The notes beneath the pieces are model-generated. The model saw only the letters and a program-made list of their open reading frames with translations. It was not told the origin of the DNA and searched no databases. Made by a program: the position numbers and the translations under genes. Source: Lentisphaerota bacterium (GTDB taxonomy: Bacteria > Verrucomicrobiota > Kiritimatiellia > CAIQIC01 > JAGNIJ01). From it: a stretch of 64,000 nucleotides of DNA. The stretch covers positions 58,695 through 122,694 of the forward strand of contig JBPOJF010000003.1 of the NCBI GenBank assembly GCA_052033915.1. The letters are read 5' to 3'. Shown here one piece after another: positions 29,439 to 38,673 of the stretch (positions are counted from its first letter, which is position 1; the number at the start of each line of letters is the position of its first letter).

Positions 29439-29930
29439 TCAGGCGGAATCTGTTCTTCGCTCGAACCGGATCGGTCCGTCGGCGCCTTTCTTGAGGAACA
29501 GTTGGGCGCTGAGCCACATGGACCACGCGCAGAGCCCGGCCAGCAGAATCCACGCCCGCCATCGCTCGGAGGCCTTTTCCACGAGATGGAACACCTCGCC
29601 GATTCTCCAGGCCACTCCGAAAGGAATGGCGATGCCCCAGAACAGGCTGCCGCTGCGGCCCATGTCGTGGAGGCGTCGTACGATTTGAAGGATGACCCAG
29701 AAAACGATTCCGGCGAATAGGAGCGAGAACAGGATCGACAGCGTCCGGAAGGACTCCGCCCGGCAGATTTTCTGGATGTACAGGATGGCCGCAAATCCCG
29801 CTGCCGCCAGGGCCATGCGCAGCGCGAAGGCGGCGCGACCGATTCGCGCCTCGAACTTGGTTTCGATCCAGATGCAGAAATCCTTGAGCTTCAGTTGGAG
29901 GGGCGAGGCCTGGATATCCGAGGGTGTCAC
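29439..29930 (-). CDS. DUF805-family inner membrane protein
   Basis: RRLHDMGRSGSLFWG motif typical of DUF805 (YhaH-like); GTG start overlapping upstream stop (GTGA). Confidence 0.65.
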   Translation of the reverse strand: MTPSDIQASPLQLKLKDFCIWIETKFEARIGRAAFALRMALAAAGFAAILYIQKICRAESFRTLSILFSLLFAGIVFWVILQIVRRLHDMGRSGSLFWGIAIPFGVAWRIGEVFHLVEKASERWRAWILLAGLCAWSMWLSAQLFLKKGADGPIRFERRTDSA

Positions 29931-31450
29931 GGCCGATCTCCTTTCCCGGCGGGGACCTGCTCGGCGGGGGCTTGGCGCCGGTCATGGATTGCTTTCTGTT
30001 TCCGATACTGCGGGATGCCGAAGATGACGGCGGCGATCACGATCAGGGCCATGAAACCGATCACGATGCGGCTGGCCGTCTGTCGGCCGTTCTGGCGGAA
30101 GAGCAGGGAGAGCATCGCGCACCCGCCGAAGAAGGCGAAGCACGTCATCACGCCGAACCAGAACGTGTAGTTTCCGTCCGAAACCGACAACAGGCGGCCG
30201 GTGATGAAGAGGCCGATCGCCGCGCCGTAGTACTGGAAGGAGTCAATGACGCCGGAGGCAAAGCCGGCCATCTTTTTTCCGCCGATATCCATGGGCGCGG
30301 CCGCGCCCACGATGGAGTGCGTGCTGTTGGCCGTGATGGCGATGAGCACGAGAAACAGACAGCCCAGCAGAACGCCGCCGGCGGTCGGGCCGATGAGGTG
30401 GAGCGCCATCACGGTGGCCGCGGTGGCGATGACGCAGGCTTCGCCGTAGTACAGGATCATAGCGACGGGATACCGGTGGCCGCGAAAAAATCGGTCGGAC
30501 ACCCAGCCCGACAAGACGGAGCCGGCCACGGCGACGATCGGGATGAGGGCCAGGGTGCCGATGGCGATCTCCGGCATATTGGTCTTCATGTTGAAGCCGA
30601 GGACGTCCTCGAAGTAGAGCGGGGCAAGCTGGTCCGACGCGTGCCGGACGGCGCCGGTGCAGCCGTAGGCCACCGCGTAGAACCAGACCAGCGGATTGGA
30701 AAATACGAATTTGAACGCGTCCTTCACGCGCACGGTGGTGCCGGCGGAGTTGTCCACATCGTCGTGGATGGTTCCGGGGTAGCCGGCCTCGTCGGGCGAT
30801 TGCGCGGATACGAAGTAGAACCAGAGCGCGACGAGGGCGACGAAGATCGGTGGGATACAGAAGAGCATGCGCCACTGGCCCGGCCCGACGACAAAGGCGA
30901 GGAAGGTGAAGCCGTTCAGGATGACGGGTGCGAGCAGGCTGATCATCGTCTGTCCCGACTGGATCATGAAGCCGAAGATGCCGGCGAACACGCCGCGCTC
31001 CTCCCGGTTGAACCACGCGGCGTTGATCTTGACCATGCCGGGCGTGCCGGCGGCTTGGATGTAACCGTTGAGCATCCACAGCGCCGCGAAGGCGGCGAAG
31101 TTCGCCGTGAGGGAGGAAAAGCCGATGATCAGGTTGATCGTGATGGTTCCGACGGCCCCGATAAGCATCGAGCATCGGCCGCCGATCCGGTCACAGATGA
31201 GGCCGTTGATGAGTTGCCCGGTCCCGTAGGCGAGGGAGAACCATGCGGCCAGGTCGGCGATTTGCTGCGCGCCGAAGCCGAACTCTTGGCGCATGCCCGG
31301 ACCGGCGAAGCGGAAATTGTAGCGGCACATGTAGAACATGGCGTACATGAGCCCCACGGTGAACCAGTTGATGCCGCGGCGGGCTCGGAATCCGGGAGGG
31401 TGCCTGCGCGATTCCTTCCATCCTGTCTTGGACTTTACGGCCATGGTCAT
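29927..31450 (-). CDS. glpT: MFS organophosphate:phosphate antiporter (GlpT/UhpT-like glycerol-3-phosphate transporter)
   Basis: 12-TM MFS; ...NWFTVGLMYAMFYMCRYNF..., ...VSDRFFRGHRY... resemble GlpT; AAAGGAA RBS before ATG 31450. Confidence 0.8.
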   Translation of the reverse strand: MTMAVKSKTGWKESRRHPPGFRARRGINWFTVGLMYAMFYMCRYNFRFAGPGMRQEFGFGAQQIADLAAWFSLAYGTGQLINGLICDRIGGRCSMLIGAVGTITINLIIGFSSLTANFAAFAALWMLNGYIQAAGTPGMVKINAAWFNREERGVFAGIFGFMIQSGQTMISLLAPVILNGFTFLAFVVGPGQWRMLFCIPPIFVALVALWFYFVSAQSPDEAGYPGTIHDDVDNSAGTTVRVKDAFKFVFSNPLVWFYAVAYGCTGAVRHASDQLAPLYFEDVLGFNMKTNMPEIAIGTLALIPIVAVAGSVLSGWVSDRFFRGHRYPVAMILYYGEACVIATAATVMALHLIGPTAGGVLLGCLFLVLIAITANSTHSIVGAAAPMDIGGKKMAGFASGVIDSFQYYGAAIGLFITGRLLSVSDGNYTFWFGVMTCFAFFGGCAMLSLLFRQNGRQTASRIVIGFMALIVIAAVIFGIPQYRKQKAIHDRRQAPAEQVPAGKGDRP

Positions 31451-31535
31451 CGGTAGGTTCCTTTGGGTCAGGCGCCGCGCCGGTGCGGTGAAAGCCCGCG
31501 CACCAGAATACACGTTTGCGTCCTGCTCGTGGAAC

Positions 31536-32525
31536 TTATTTCGCGCCCGCGGGCCGCTCGAAATACACCAGCTTCTTCTTGGGCGCGAGGGTGATCTTGA
31601 ATTTCGACAGAAGCTGGCGGCCGATGCGCGGTTGCGACAGCCGCAGGTTGAGGGTTCGGCTGTCCACCACCGACACGTTTCTGAAGACCACGTTGCCCAC
31701 GCTGACCTGCTTCAATTCGTCAGAAGGCGGGTTGGTCATGGCGATTTCAAATTCGCCGGCCGTATCCAGGATGAACACTTTCCTTTCTCCGTCGATCGCG
31801 CCTTCCACGGCGAATGCGCCGCCGACCTGCTTCAGCTTCATCGCGTCGATCAGGTTCACTTCCTTCGGCGCGTAGTCGATCGTGGCGGAGAGCATGACGG
31901 CGTAATTTGGATAATCGATCTGCGCGAAGGCAAAGGCCTTGAGGATGTCGCAGCCCAGGATCGCCTCCGGCGCCGGGTTCTCCAGGTTCCGCGCGAGGGG
32001 GCCGAGCGGACCGGTCGCCGCCCGGAAATGGAACAGCGCGTTTTCGACATGGAGATGGTCGAATCGGAGTTTCGTCATGATGCAGGCATAGCCGGGAATA
32101 TCCTCGTTGACGTTGGCCGGCGTGTAGTCGTAGGCGGGAGGCCCCAGCGGGATGGTCCGGGTCCGCAGGAACGTGGGAAAATCAAGCCAACTTCGACCGG
32201 CGGTCGTATCGACGAGGACGGAGAAGGTTTCCTCCCGCCCGTTGTCCGCCACGATCACAGGCGCCGTGGACAGACCCTTCTTGGCAAAGTCGCGGCTCGC
32301 GACATGCTCGGGATGCAGTCGGTTTGCGCCCGAGAACCGCACGCTGTTCTTGCCCGACGGGTATGCCGTGATCCAGAAACGGCGCGCGTCCCGGGCCTTC
32401 GAAAAGACGTGGCGAAGCTCCGTCTCCGTGAGAGGCCTGGTTGTCTGGGGTGGTGTCGTGGCGCACCCGCCTGCCAGCGCCGCCAGACCGATCCCGACGC
32501 AGAGAATACGAACGAATTTCAACAT
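31536..32525 (-). CDS. Lipoprotein, possible two-lobed retropepsin-like aspartic protease
   Basis: Lipobox LAALAGGC; two VxxDTxAG-like segments (VLVDTTAGRSW and VFILDTAGEFEI) ~150 aa apart. Confidence 0.5.
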   Translation of the reverse strand: MLKFVRILCVGIGLAALAGGCATTPPQTTRPLTETELRHVFSKARDARRFWITAYPSGKNSVRFSGANRLHPEHVASRDFAKKGLSTAPVIVADNGREETFSVLVDTTAGRSWLDFPTFLRTRTIPLGPPAYDYTPANVNEDIPGYACIMTKLRFDHLHVENALFHFRAATGPLGPLARNLENPAPEAILGCDILKAFAFAQIDYPNYAVMLSATIDYAPKEVNLIDAMKLKQVGGAFAVEGAIDGERKVFILDTAGEFEIAMTNPPSDELKQVSVGNVVFRNVSVVDSRTLNLRLSQPRIGRQLLSKFKITLAPKKKLVYFERPAGAK

Positions 32526-32665
32526 GGGCGTACGTTGACATGCGGCTTGGGAGGAAACAAGCCGTATTCAGAGGTCAGCCGGACAAGACCCTTGCGCGGC
32601 CTGGCCCGGGGTCGACCCATCCGCGTGGATACGCACACGGGGGACAAGTCCGGTATGATTCATGC

Positions 32666-33673
32666 CTATTCTCTTTCGGCTTTTGGATCCCGCCCCATCA
32701 GGTCGTGAACGGCTGTGCGTGGATCCTTGCCTTCGTGGATCACGGCGTACACTTCGTCCGTGATCGGAACCGGCACGCCGTATTTTTGCGCGAGCGCCCG
32801 GGCGGTCGCGCAGGTCCACACGCCCTCGGATACTTGCTCCATGGATTGAAGAATGTGGTTGATCGACTCGCCGCGGCCCAGCCGCTCGCCGACCGAGTGG
32901 TTGCGGCTGAGCCGGCTCGCGCAGGTCACGACGAGGTCGCCCATACCGCTCAGGCCGGCGAACGTCGCGGGGTTCGCGCCGAGCGCGCAGCCCAGCCGTG
33001 CGATCTCCGCCAACCCGCGTGTGATCAGCGCCGCCTTCGTGTTGTCGCCGAAGCGGATGCCGTCGCAGACGCCCGCCGCGATCGCGATGACGTTTTTCAG
33101 CGCGCCGCCGATCTCCACGCCGATCACGTCATCGGACGTGTACACCCGGAACGCCGGGTTCATGAGCAGGCTCTGGAAGCCCTGGGCGATCCCGGCATCG
33201 GCGCAGGCGACGGTGACCGCGGTCGGTATGCCGCGCGCCGTCTCCGCCGCGAGGCTCGGGCCGGAGAGCGCCGCGACCGGGCGTTTCAGCAGTTCCTCCG
33301 CGACCTCGGTCATCCGCTTCCCGGTTTTCTCGTCCAGGCCCTTGGTCACGCTCAGGACCGGCGCGGAGGGGGGGATCAGCGCGGCGAAGGGTTTCAGCAC
33401 GGGTCGGAAATAACGGGAGGGCACGGCGAGGATCACGACATCCGTCCCGGCGACCGCCTCGGCCTGATCGGCCGTCCACAGAATATCCGGCGGCAGCTTG
33501 ATGCCCGGCAGGAATTTCTCGTTCTTGTGGCGGCGTCGGATTTCCGCGATGTAGTCCTCGAACGGGCCCCACACGCGCACCGCGTGGCCGTTATTGTGCA
33601 GAACGACCGCGAGCGCCGTTCCCCAGCCGCCGTCTCCGATAATCGAAACCTTTCTGGGAGTTCCAAGTTCCAT
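32666..33673 (-). CDS. gpsA: NAD(P)H-dependent glycerol-3-phosphate dehydrogenase
   Basis: VSIIGDGGWGTALAVVL Rossmann motif; ...GALKNVIAIAAGVCDG... GpsA signature. Confidence 0.95.
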   Translation of the reverse strand: MELGTPRKVSIIGDGGWGTALAVVLHNNGHAVRVWGPFEDYIAEIRRRHKNEKFLPGIKLPPDILWTADQAEAVAGTDVVILAVPSRYFRPVLKPFAALIPPSAPVLSVTKGLDEKTGKRMTEVAEELLKRPVAALSGPSLAAETARGIPTAVTVACADAGIAQGFQSLLMNPAFRVYTSDDVIGVEIGGALKNVIAIAAGVCDGIRFGDNTKAALITRGLAEIARLGCALGANPATFAGLSGMGDLVVTCASRLSRNHSVGERLGRGESINHILQSMEQVSEGVWTCATARALAQKYGVPVPITDEVYAVIHEGKDPRTAVHDLMGRDPKAERE

Positions 33674-33683
33674 GTTTCAAGCT

Positions 33684-34340
33684 TCAAGTTGCGAGTTGCG
33701 AGTTTCCGGTTTGAGTCTTCTTCCTGAAGCTGAACCGGTGCTCGCTTCCATCGATCAGTCTTTGAATATTCGACTTATGACGCCAAACCGCGAGCAGTCC
33801 GAGATTTGTCAGTACGATCGGCAGCAAGCGGCCCTCCTCCGAATAGAGGGACCACGAGACCACCGGCACCACGATGGCCGCGCCGATGGAGGCGACCGAG
33901 ACGTAGCGGGTGGCGAGGAGCAGGACGAACCAGCTCAGCAGTCCCCAGGCCACGGCCTGCGGCGCAATTCCGAGGAGCACGCCCGCGCTGGTCGCGATGC
34001 CCTTGCCGCCCTTGAACTTCAGGTACACCGGCCAGTTGTGGCCCGCGATCGCCGCGACGCCGCACAGCAGGCCGATTTCCGGACCTTGGACCATTCCGGT
34101 GATCCATTTTCCAAGGATTGGAAAAAAGTACGCGGGCACAAACCCTTTCACGGCGTCGCCGACGAACGTCAGGATGCCCAGCGGCTTGCTGACGGATCGG
34201 AAGACGTTCGTTGCGCCGATGTTCCCGCTGCCGACGGTGCGGATATCGACGCCTTTCATCCGTGAAAGGAGCAGGCCGATCGGAATCGCGCCCAGAAGAT
34301 AGGCGGCGACGATCTGCAGAATAGGGAAAATGATAGACAT
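33684..34340 (-). CDS. plsY: Glycerol-3-phosphate acyltransferase PlsY
   Basis: MSIIFPILQIVAAYLLGAIPIG..GSGNIGATNVFR..KGGKGIATSAG; last codons come from a CAAGTTGCGAG tandem repeat; contains an internal family-C palindrome. Confidence 0.95.
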   Translation of the reverse strand: MSIIFPILQIVAAYLLGAIPIGLLLSRMKGVDIRTVGSGNIGATNVFRSVSKPLGILTFVGDAVKGFVPAYFFPILGKWITGMVQGPEIGLLCGVAAIAGHNWPVYLKFKGGKGIATSAGVLLGIAPQAVAWGLLSWFVLLLATRYVSVASIGAAIVVPVVSWSLYSEEGRLLPIVLTNLGLLAVWRHKSNIQRLIDGSEHRFSFRKKTQTGNSQLAT

Positions 34341-34366
34341 GGTCGATGGCTTCCGTTTCTCGTGTC

Positions 34367-35044
34367 CTACCGCACGCCTTCCTGCTCCACCCATCGCACG
34401 GCCTCGCGGAACACCTGCGCGGCATCTTCGCAGCGCAGCTTCCGTTTGATGTGCGCCCGGTGGACTTCCACGGTTCGGTCGCTCAGCCCGAGTTTGTCCG
34501 CGATCTTCCGAGTGGACAGACCCTGGCCGATTCCCTGGAAGACTTCCATTTCGCGTTCCGTCAACGCCTCGACGCCGAACTCCGGCGCTTCCTTTTTCTC
34601 GCCCTTGATGAAATTCTTCAGCATGCGCGTCGCCGTCTCGCCGCTCACGAAAATCTCGCCGCGCAGGACCGTCCGCAAGGCGTCCACGATCACCTCGTCC
34701 GCCTTTTCCTTCATGACATAGCCTTGCGCGCCGGCGCGCAGGGCCTTCTCGGCGTAGACGGATTCATCGTGCATGGACAGCACGAGATACTTTACGGCGG
34801 GGTACTTCTCGCGCGCGTCGCGGATCAGCTCCAGCCCGCTCTTGTCCTTGAGCGTGATATCCACGATGGCCACGTCGGGCGTTTGCCTCGAGAGCGCTTC
34901 AAAAGCTTCGTCATAGCTAGCCGCCTCGCCGATGATGCTGAATCCCTTCTCGCGGGCGAGGAGGCTGGTCAGCCCATGCCGAACGACGGAATGATCATCC
35001 ACGATCAGGATGGTATAGGCGGATTCTTTGTCTTTTTCTTTCAC
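34367..35044 (-). CDS. LuxR/NarL-family response regulator (REC + LuxR HTH)
   Basis: ILIVDDHSVVRHG receiver; C-terminal LTEREMEVFQGIGQGLSTRKIADKLGLSDRTVEVHRAHIKRKL; GTG start with AGGGAG RBS. Confidence 0.9.
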   Translation of the reverse strand: MKEKDKESAYTILIVDDHSVVRHGLTSLLAREKGFSIIGEAASYDEAFEALSRQTPDVAIVDITLKDKSGLELIRDAREKYPAVKYLVLSMHDESVYAEKALRAGAQGYVMKEKADEVIVDALRTVLRGEIFVSGETATRMLKNFIKGEKKEAPEFGVEALTEREMEVFQGIGQGLSTRKIADKLGLSDRTVEVHRAHIKRKLRCEDAAQVFREAVRWVEQEGVR

Positions 35045-35087
35045 GACTCCCTACTGATTAGCAGAGATTGACCCGGCAGGGAAGCTT

Positions 35088-35155
35088 GAGTCCAAGGTCT
35101 AAAGTCCAATGTCCAAAATCGTCTGCCTGGGACCTTAGACTTTGGACGTTGGACT
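35088..35155. repeat. Repeat family A hairpin element between the sensor kinase and its response regulator
   Basis: GAGTCCAAGGTCTAAAGTCCAATGTCCAAAATCGTCTGCCTGGGACCTTAGACTTTGGACGTTGGACTC. Confidence 0.6.
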
Positions 35156-36802
35156 CATATCAAAGCGGCATGTCACGACCGTTCCGCCTTCCCGGCGCGG
35201 CTGTACGTCCAGAGAACCGTCAATCATTGAAGTCCGGTAGCGCATGATTCGAAGTCCCATCCCCTGGCCGCGTTCAGATTCGGAAGGAATTCCCGCCCCG
35301 TTGCTTTCCACCGTGAGTTGCCCTCCGCGGTCGGCTTCCGCGGCCAGCGTGATCAGGATCCGGCTCGGCTTCGCGTGGCGCACGGCGTTGTTCACCGCTT
35401 CCTGCGCGATGTGGTACAGGTGAACGGCCGTGTTGTTGTCGCGCACACGAGCGTCGCCCCTCGTGTGCAATTCGCACTGGATTCCGAACGTTTCGCGGGT
35501 GTCTGCCGCCAACCGCTGGAGCGCATTGGCCAGCCCCTCGTCTTCCAGTTCAACGGGGGCCAGGCCGCGGGCTAACCTGCGCACTTGGGCGAGGGCGTCT
35601 TTCAGAAGCTCGTTGATGTGTTCTGCGCTGTCGCGCGCCTCGCCGCCGGTTTCCGCAAGATTTGTGGCCAGGGTGCGGCTCAGGAACACGGCGCCGGTGA
35701 GTTTTTGTCCCAGCGAGTCGTGGAGATCCTGTCCGACACGCAGCTTCTCGCGTCCGCTGATTTCAAGGATCTCGCTCTCCAGCCGCATCCGTTCCGCCAT
35801 CTCGCGCTCGATCTGGGCCTTGGCCGCGACGAGGTCCGCAGTTCGGTTCCGGACAAGCTGTTCGATCCTTTGTCCGCGGCGGGCCATGAGCAAAAGCTCG
35901 ATCGTCACGAGCAGGGTAACGGCCAGTCCGATCACCAGGATGAACTCCGGCCGGCGGGCGCCATGCGCAAGCAAGTAGTCCGGCGACGCCGCGCAATTCA
36001 GAATCCATGTTTGGTCGGCCACTGCGATGGGGCCTTGGTAGCTGTACCCGCCGGTGTCCAACGGGGTGTATTCTTCTGTAAGGGATATCCGCAAATTCCG
36101 CGAGGCGGGAGTTGCCGCAACGCGGCTGATCACCTGGTTCGGCCGGAAAATGGCGACCGCGAACCCAACGAGGAAGCCCGGAGGCACCACGATGGATCCT
36201 TGAAGATGGGGATACATAATGGGCGCGAAGACATAGTACTCGGTCGGCGAATTGCGGGTCTTGCCGGCAAGAGACGGACTGCCTGTTTCCCTCATCCTGT
36301 TAATGGCTTGGGAGCAGGACTCCTCCGATGCAAAGTCGAATCCGATCGGAACGCCGAGGGCATTGGCGGGCGTCTGGTAGGTGAGGGCGAAGTACTCGGG
36401 CCTGTTGCCGGCGGGGTTGAACCCGTTCTGACCGTCGAAATCCTGGATGACCATGCTTGTCTGGGCTTCGCCCGGGTCGAGTTGTCTTATCAGTTGCCGC
36501 GTGTTCTCGTCGATGCGTTGGACGAATCCGAAGCCTTGGAGAACCCTTTTTTGGAACGACATACCTTTTCTGACGAACTCCTCGAAATCCTTGCTCGTGA
36601 TCTGGTCGGAAATACTGTGCAGTTGCCGGATCGAATCCAACACGTCCATGAAGAGCTGGATTTCCTGCGCCGCCATGCTTTGGAGATTGCGCGCCTCGAT
36701 CTGAAACTCCTCGCGGGTCGCGTTTTGCTCGAGGACCGTGCGCGTGTGCCACAGAAAGACGCTGATCGCGGTCCCTGCCGCCGCCACGAGGAACGCGAAC
36801 AT
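35135..36802 (-). CDS. Sensor histidine kinase, HisKA_3 (NarX/DegS-type) with large periplasmic domain
   Basis: TM1 MFAFLVAAAGTAISVFLW, ~240-aa periplasmic region, TM2, then ...LHDSLGQKLTG... H-box and HATPase_c (..GQGMGLRIM..). Confidence 0.85.
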   Translation of the reverse strand: MFAFLVAAAGTAISVFLWHTRTVLEQNATREEFQIEARNLQSMAAQEIQLFMDVLDSIRQLHSISDQITSKDFEEFVRKGMSFQKRVLQGFGFVQRIDENTRQLIRQLDPGEAQTSMVIQDFDGQNGFNPAGNRPEYFALTYQTPANALGVPIGFDFASEESCSQAINRMRETGSPSLAGKTRNSPTEYYVFAPIMYPHLQGSIVVPPGFLVGFAVAIFRPNQVISRVAATPASRNLRISLTEEYTPLDTGGYSYQGPIAVADQTWILNCAASPDYLLAHGARRPEFILVIGLAVTLLVTIELLLMARRGQRIEQLVRNRTADLVAAKAQIEREMAERMRLESEILEISGREKLRVGQDLHDSLGQKLTGAVFLSRTLATNLAETGGEARDSAEHINELLKDALAQVRRLARGLAPVELEDEGLANALQRLAADTRETFGIQCELHTRGDARVRDNNTAVHLYHIAQEAVNNAVRHAKPSRILITLAAEADRGGQLTVESNGAGIPSESERGQGMGLRIMRYRTSMIDGSLDVQPRREGGTVVTCRFDMSPTSKV

Positions 36803-36960
36803 CCAGGGCCGGCGAGAGGATCGGTTTCCTTGTGCAGATGCTGTCACGGCAGTGAAGTATACGTGACAGACGCTGTGGGACGAAGGAATTCTAAACATCG
36901 CGTCATCCCGACGCGCCTGACGCCGCATTCCGGGTGCCCGACATTTTTCACATCTACGTA

Positions 36961-36989
36961 TTGACACGTAGTTAGCCTATACGTAATTT
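36961..36989 (+). promoter_or_regulatory. Candidate promoter and palindromes in the AT-rich divergent region upstream of the PEP-CTERM cluster
   Basis: TTGACA (36961-36966), 17-nt spacer, TAATTT; overlapping palindromes CTACGT-ATTGAC-ACGTAG and CGTAATTTACG. Confidence 0.2.
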
Positions 36990-37109
36990 ACGGGAAGCGG
37001 GTGAATTATTTCCCGCTCGGTTGGCGGCCCGAAAAGGTGCGAGGAATGCTTAAAACTTTTCTTGACTGTGTACACGGTTAAGGCAAAAGTGCAACAAGAC
37101 GGAGGCGCT

Positions 37110-37856
37110 ATGAAGAAGATTCTATTGCTGGTTCTCGGCGTGATGCTTGTGGGTTCTATGGCGTTCGGCCAAGCCACTCAAGTTCTCAGTCGTAACGCGG
37201 TGGGGTATGTGAAGATCGACGCAAGATCGAATGGGTTGACATTGGTGAGCATTCCGTTCAATGCGTTCTCGAACACAATTTCAGGGGTGCTTGGCTCGCA
37301 ACTTGTCGGCAATAACAATCCGGCAGGTGCGGATCAAATATTCAAATGGGATAACGCTGTGCAGACGTATGTTCGGTACTACAAGCGCGCAACCCCTGAG
37401 AATGAGTGGCGCAAGGTTGGCGAGACGGTTCCGACGACTGATACATTGAGCCCTGGTGAGAGCTTTTTTATCAAGAATAGCCGGCTAACGAACCAGACTG
37501 TATACTTAATGGGTGAAGTGCCTGACGCGCTTACTGCGCCTACATCGACGGTGTCCGGCGTGCCTGGTCTTCAGATGATTTCGTATTCGTATCCTGTGGA
37601 AACAGCGATAAGCAACCTGACACTCTTTGACACGGCAATCAAGAACAACAACCCGGCGGGTGCGGATCAGATTTTGAAGTGGGATATTCCCGCGCAGACG
37701 TATATTCGCTACTACGTTCGTACAACCGGGTGGCGGAAAGTCGGCGAAACCACAAACACAGCGGATACATTGACGCCAAACGAGGGTTTCTTCTATCTTC
37801 GCCGTGGGACAACCTCGTTTGACTGGACTGAAAAAAAGCCGTACACGTGGCCATAA
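37110..37856 (+). CDS. Secreted protein with internal tandem duplication (two ~110-aa repeats ending in a KPYTWP terminus)
   Basis: GGAGG RBS; signal peptide MKKILLLVLGVMLVGSMAFG; repeats NNNPAGADQIFKWDNAVQTYVRYYKR...GESFFI and NNNPAGADQILKWDIPAQTYIRYYVR...EGFFYL. Confidence 0.7.
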   Translation: MKKILLLVLGVMLVGSMAFGQATQVLSRNAVGYVKIDARSNGLTLVSIPFNAFSNTISGVLGSQLVGNNNPAGADQIFKWDNAVQTYVRYYKRATPENEWRKVGETVPTTDTLSPGESFFIKNSRLTNQTVYLMGEVPDALTAPTSTVSGVPGLQMISYSYPVETAISNLTLFDTAIKNNNPAGADQILKWDIPAQTYIRYYVRTTGWRKVGETTNTADTLTPNEGFFYLRRGTTSFDWTEKKPYTWP

Positions 37857-37903
37857 GTATTTGTAGTATCTAGCGTAATAAACGGTTTGAAAGGAGACCG
37901 CAA

Positions 37904-38545
37904 ATGAAGATTAGGTTACTAGCTACTGTTGCCGCGTTGGTCAGCATGGTTGTTTGCGCAAATGCTCAGGTGCAGGTCGCTTGGTGGAACGAGGAGACGT
38001 CTCCGGGTAGCTTTGTGTACAAAGCAGCGATCGATCCAATTAGTGGACTTGTTGTGATGAGCAGTAGCGCTGATCCGTTGGCTGGCGCATTGTTCCAGTT
38101 GATCGAAGCGGCTGGTGCTGCTCCCTCGGCCCCAACCATTGCGGATTTTGGCATCGGAACAGGTCTCACCGGTGGTGACGCGCTTAATAGTTTCGCTTGG
38201 GCTGGCAAGGATGACTATGGTGCTGGCGTGATCTATGAGTTGGCTGGAGCATTCAGCGGCACAAAGCAACTGTATGTGCGCATTTGGGATCGGCCCACTT
38301 CCGGATCTGGCAATATGCCCAATTCGTTTGACTACGGTGGGGGATTGGTTGGTGCGTATTACTATGACACAGCCGTTGAGAGCTTCACAGGCGTTTCCGG
38401 GAGCCCCTCGGCGGCAGACTTAGACTTCACGCCTCCCACGCAGAATGATTGGACCTTCCTTGCGATACCGGAGCCGACCTCGGTGGCCTTGGGCCTTCTC
38501 GGCTTGGGCGTGATTGTGATCCGTCGTCGCCTGATGCGCAAATAG
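37904..38545 (+). CDS. PEP-CTERM sorting-domain protein (exosortase substrate)
   Basis: AAGGAG RBS; N-terminal signal peptide; C-terminal IPEPTSVALGLLGLGVIVIRRRLMRK (PEP motif + TM + basic tail). Confidence 0.85.
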   Translation: MKIRLLATVAALVSMVVCANAQVQVAWWNEETSPGSFVYKAAIDPISGLVVMSSSADPLAGALFQLIEAAGAAPSAPTIADFGIGTGLTGGDALNSFAWAGKDDYGAGVIYELAGAFSGTKQLYVRIWDRPTSGSGNMPNSFDYGGGLVGAYYYDTAVESFTGVSGSPSAADLDFTPPTQNDWTFLAIPEPTSVALGLLGLGVIVIRRRLMRK

Positions 38546-38567
38546 GTTAGGTCACATCGTTCTCCGC

Positions 38568-38606
38568 GCGGGCGTCCCGGTTTCGGGACGCCCGCGTTGT
38601 TTGTGT
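38568..38606 (+). terminator. Rho-independent terminator after the PEP-CTERM gene
   Basis: Perfect 12-bp stem GCGGGCGTCCCG / CGGGACGCCCGC with GTTT loop, then GTTGTTTGTGT. Confidence 0.8.
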
Positions 38607-38673
38607 AGCGTCGCCCGTCCTCGGGCGAGTTCCGAATTGGTCGTGTCCAGATTCTTTCGCACTTTGGTCTTAG

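Noticed and set aside
37062-37109. ORF-track start at 37062 (TTG) for the secreted repeat protein
   Set aside because: It would place 16 residues before the signal peptide. The ATG at 37110 has a GGAGG RBS and begins the signal peptide MKKILLL.
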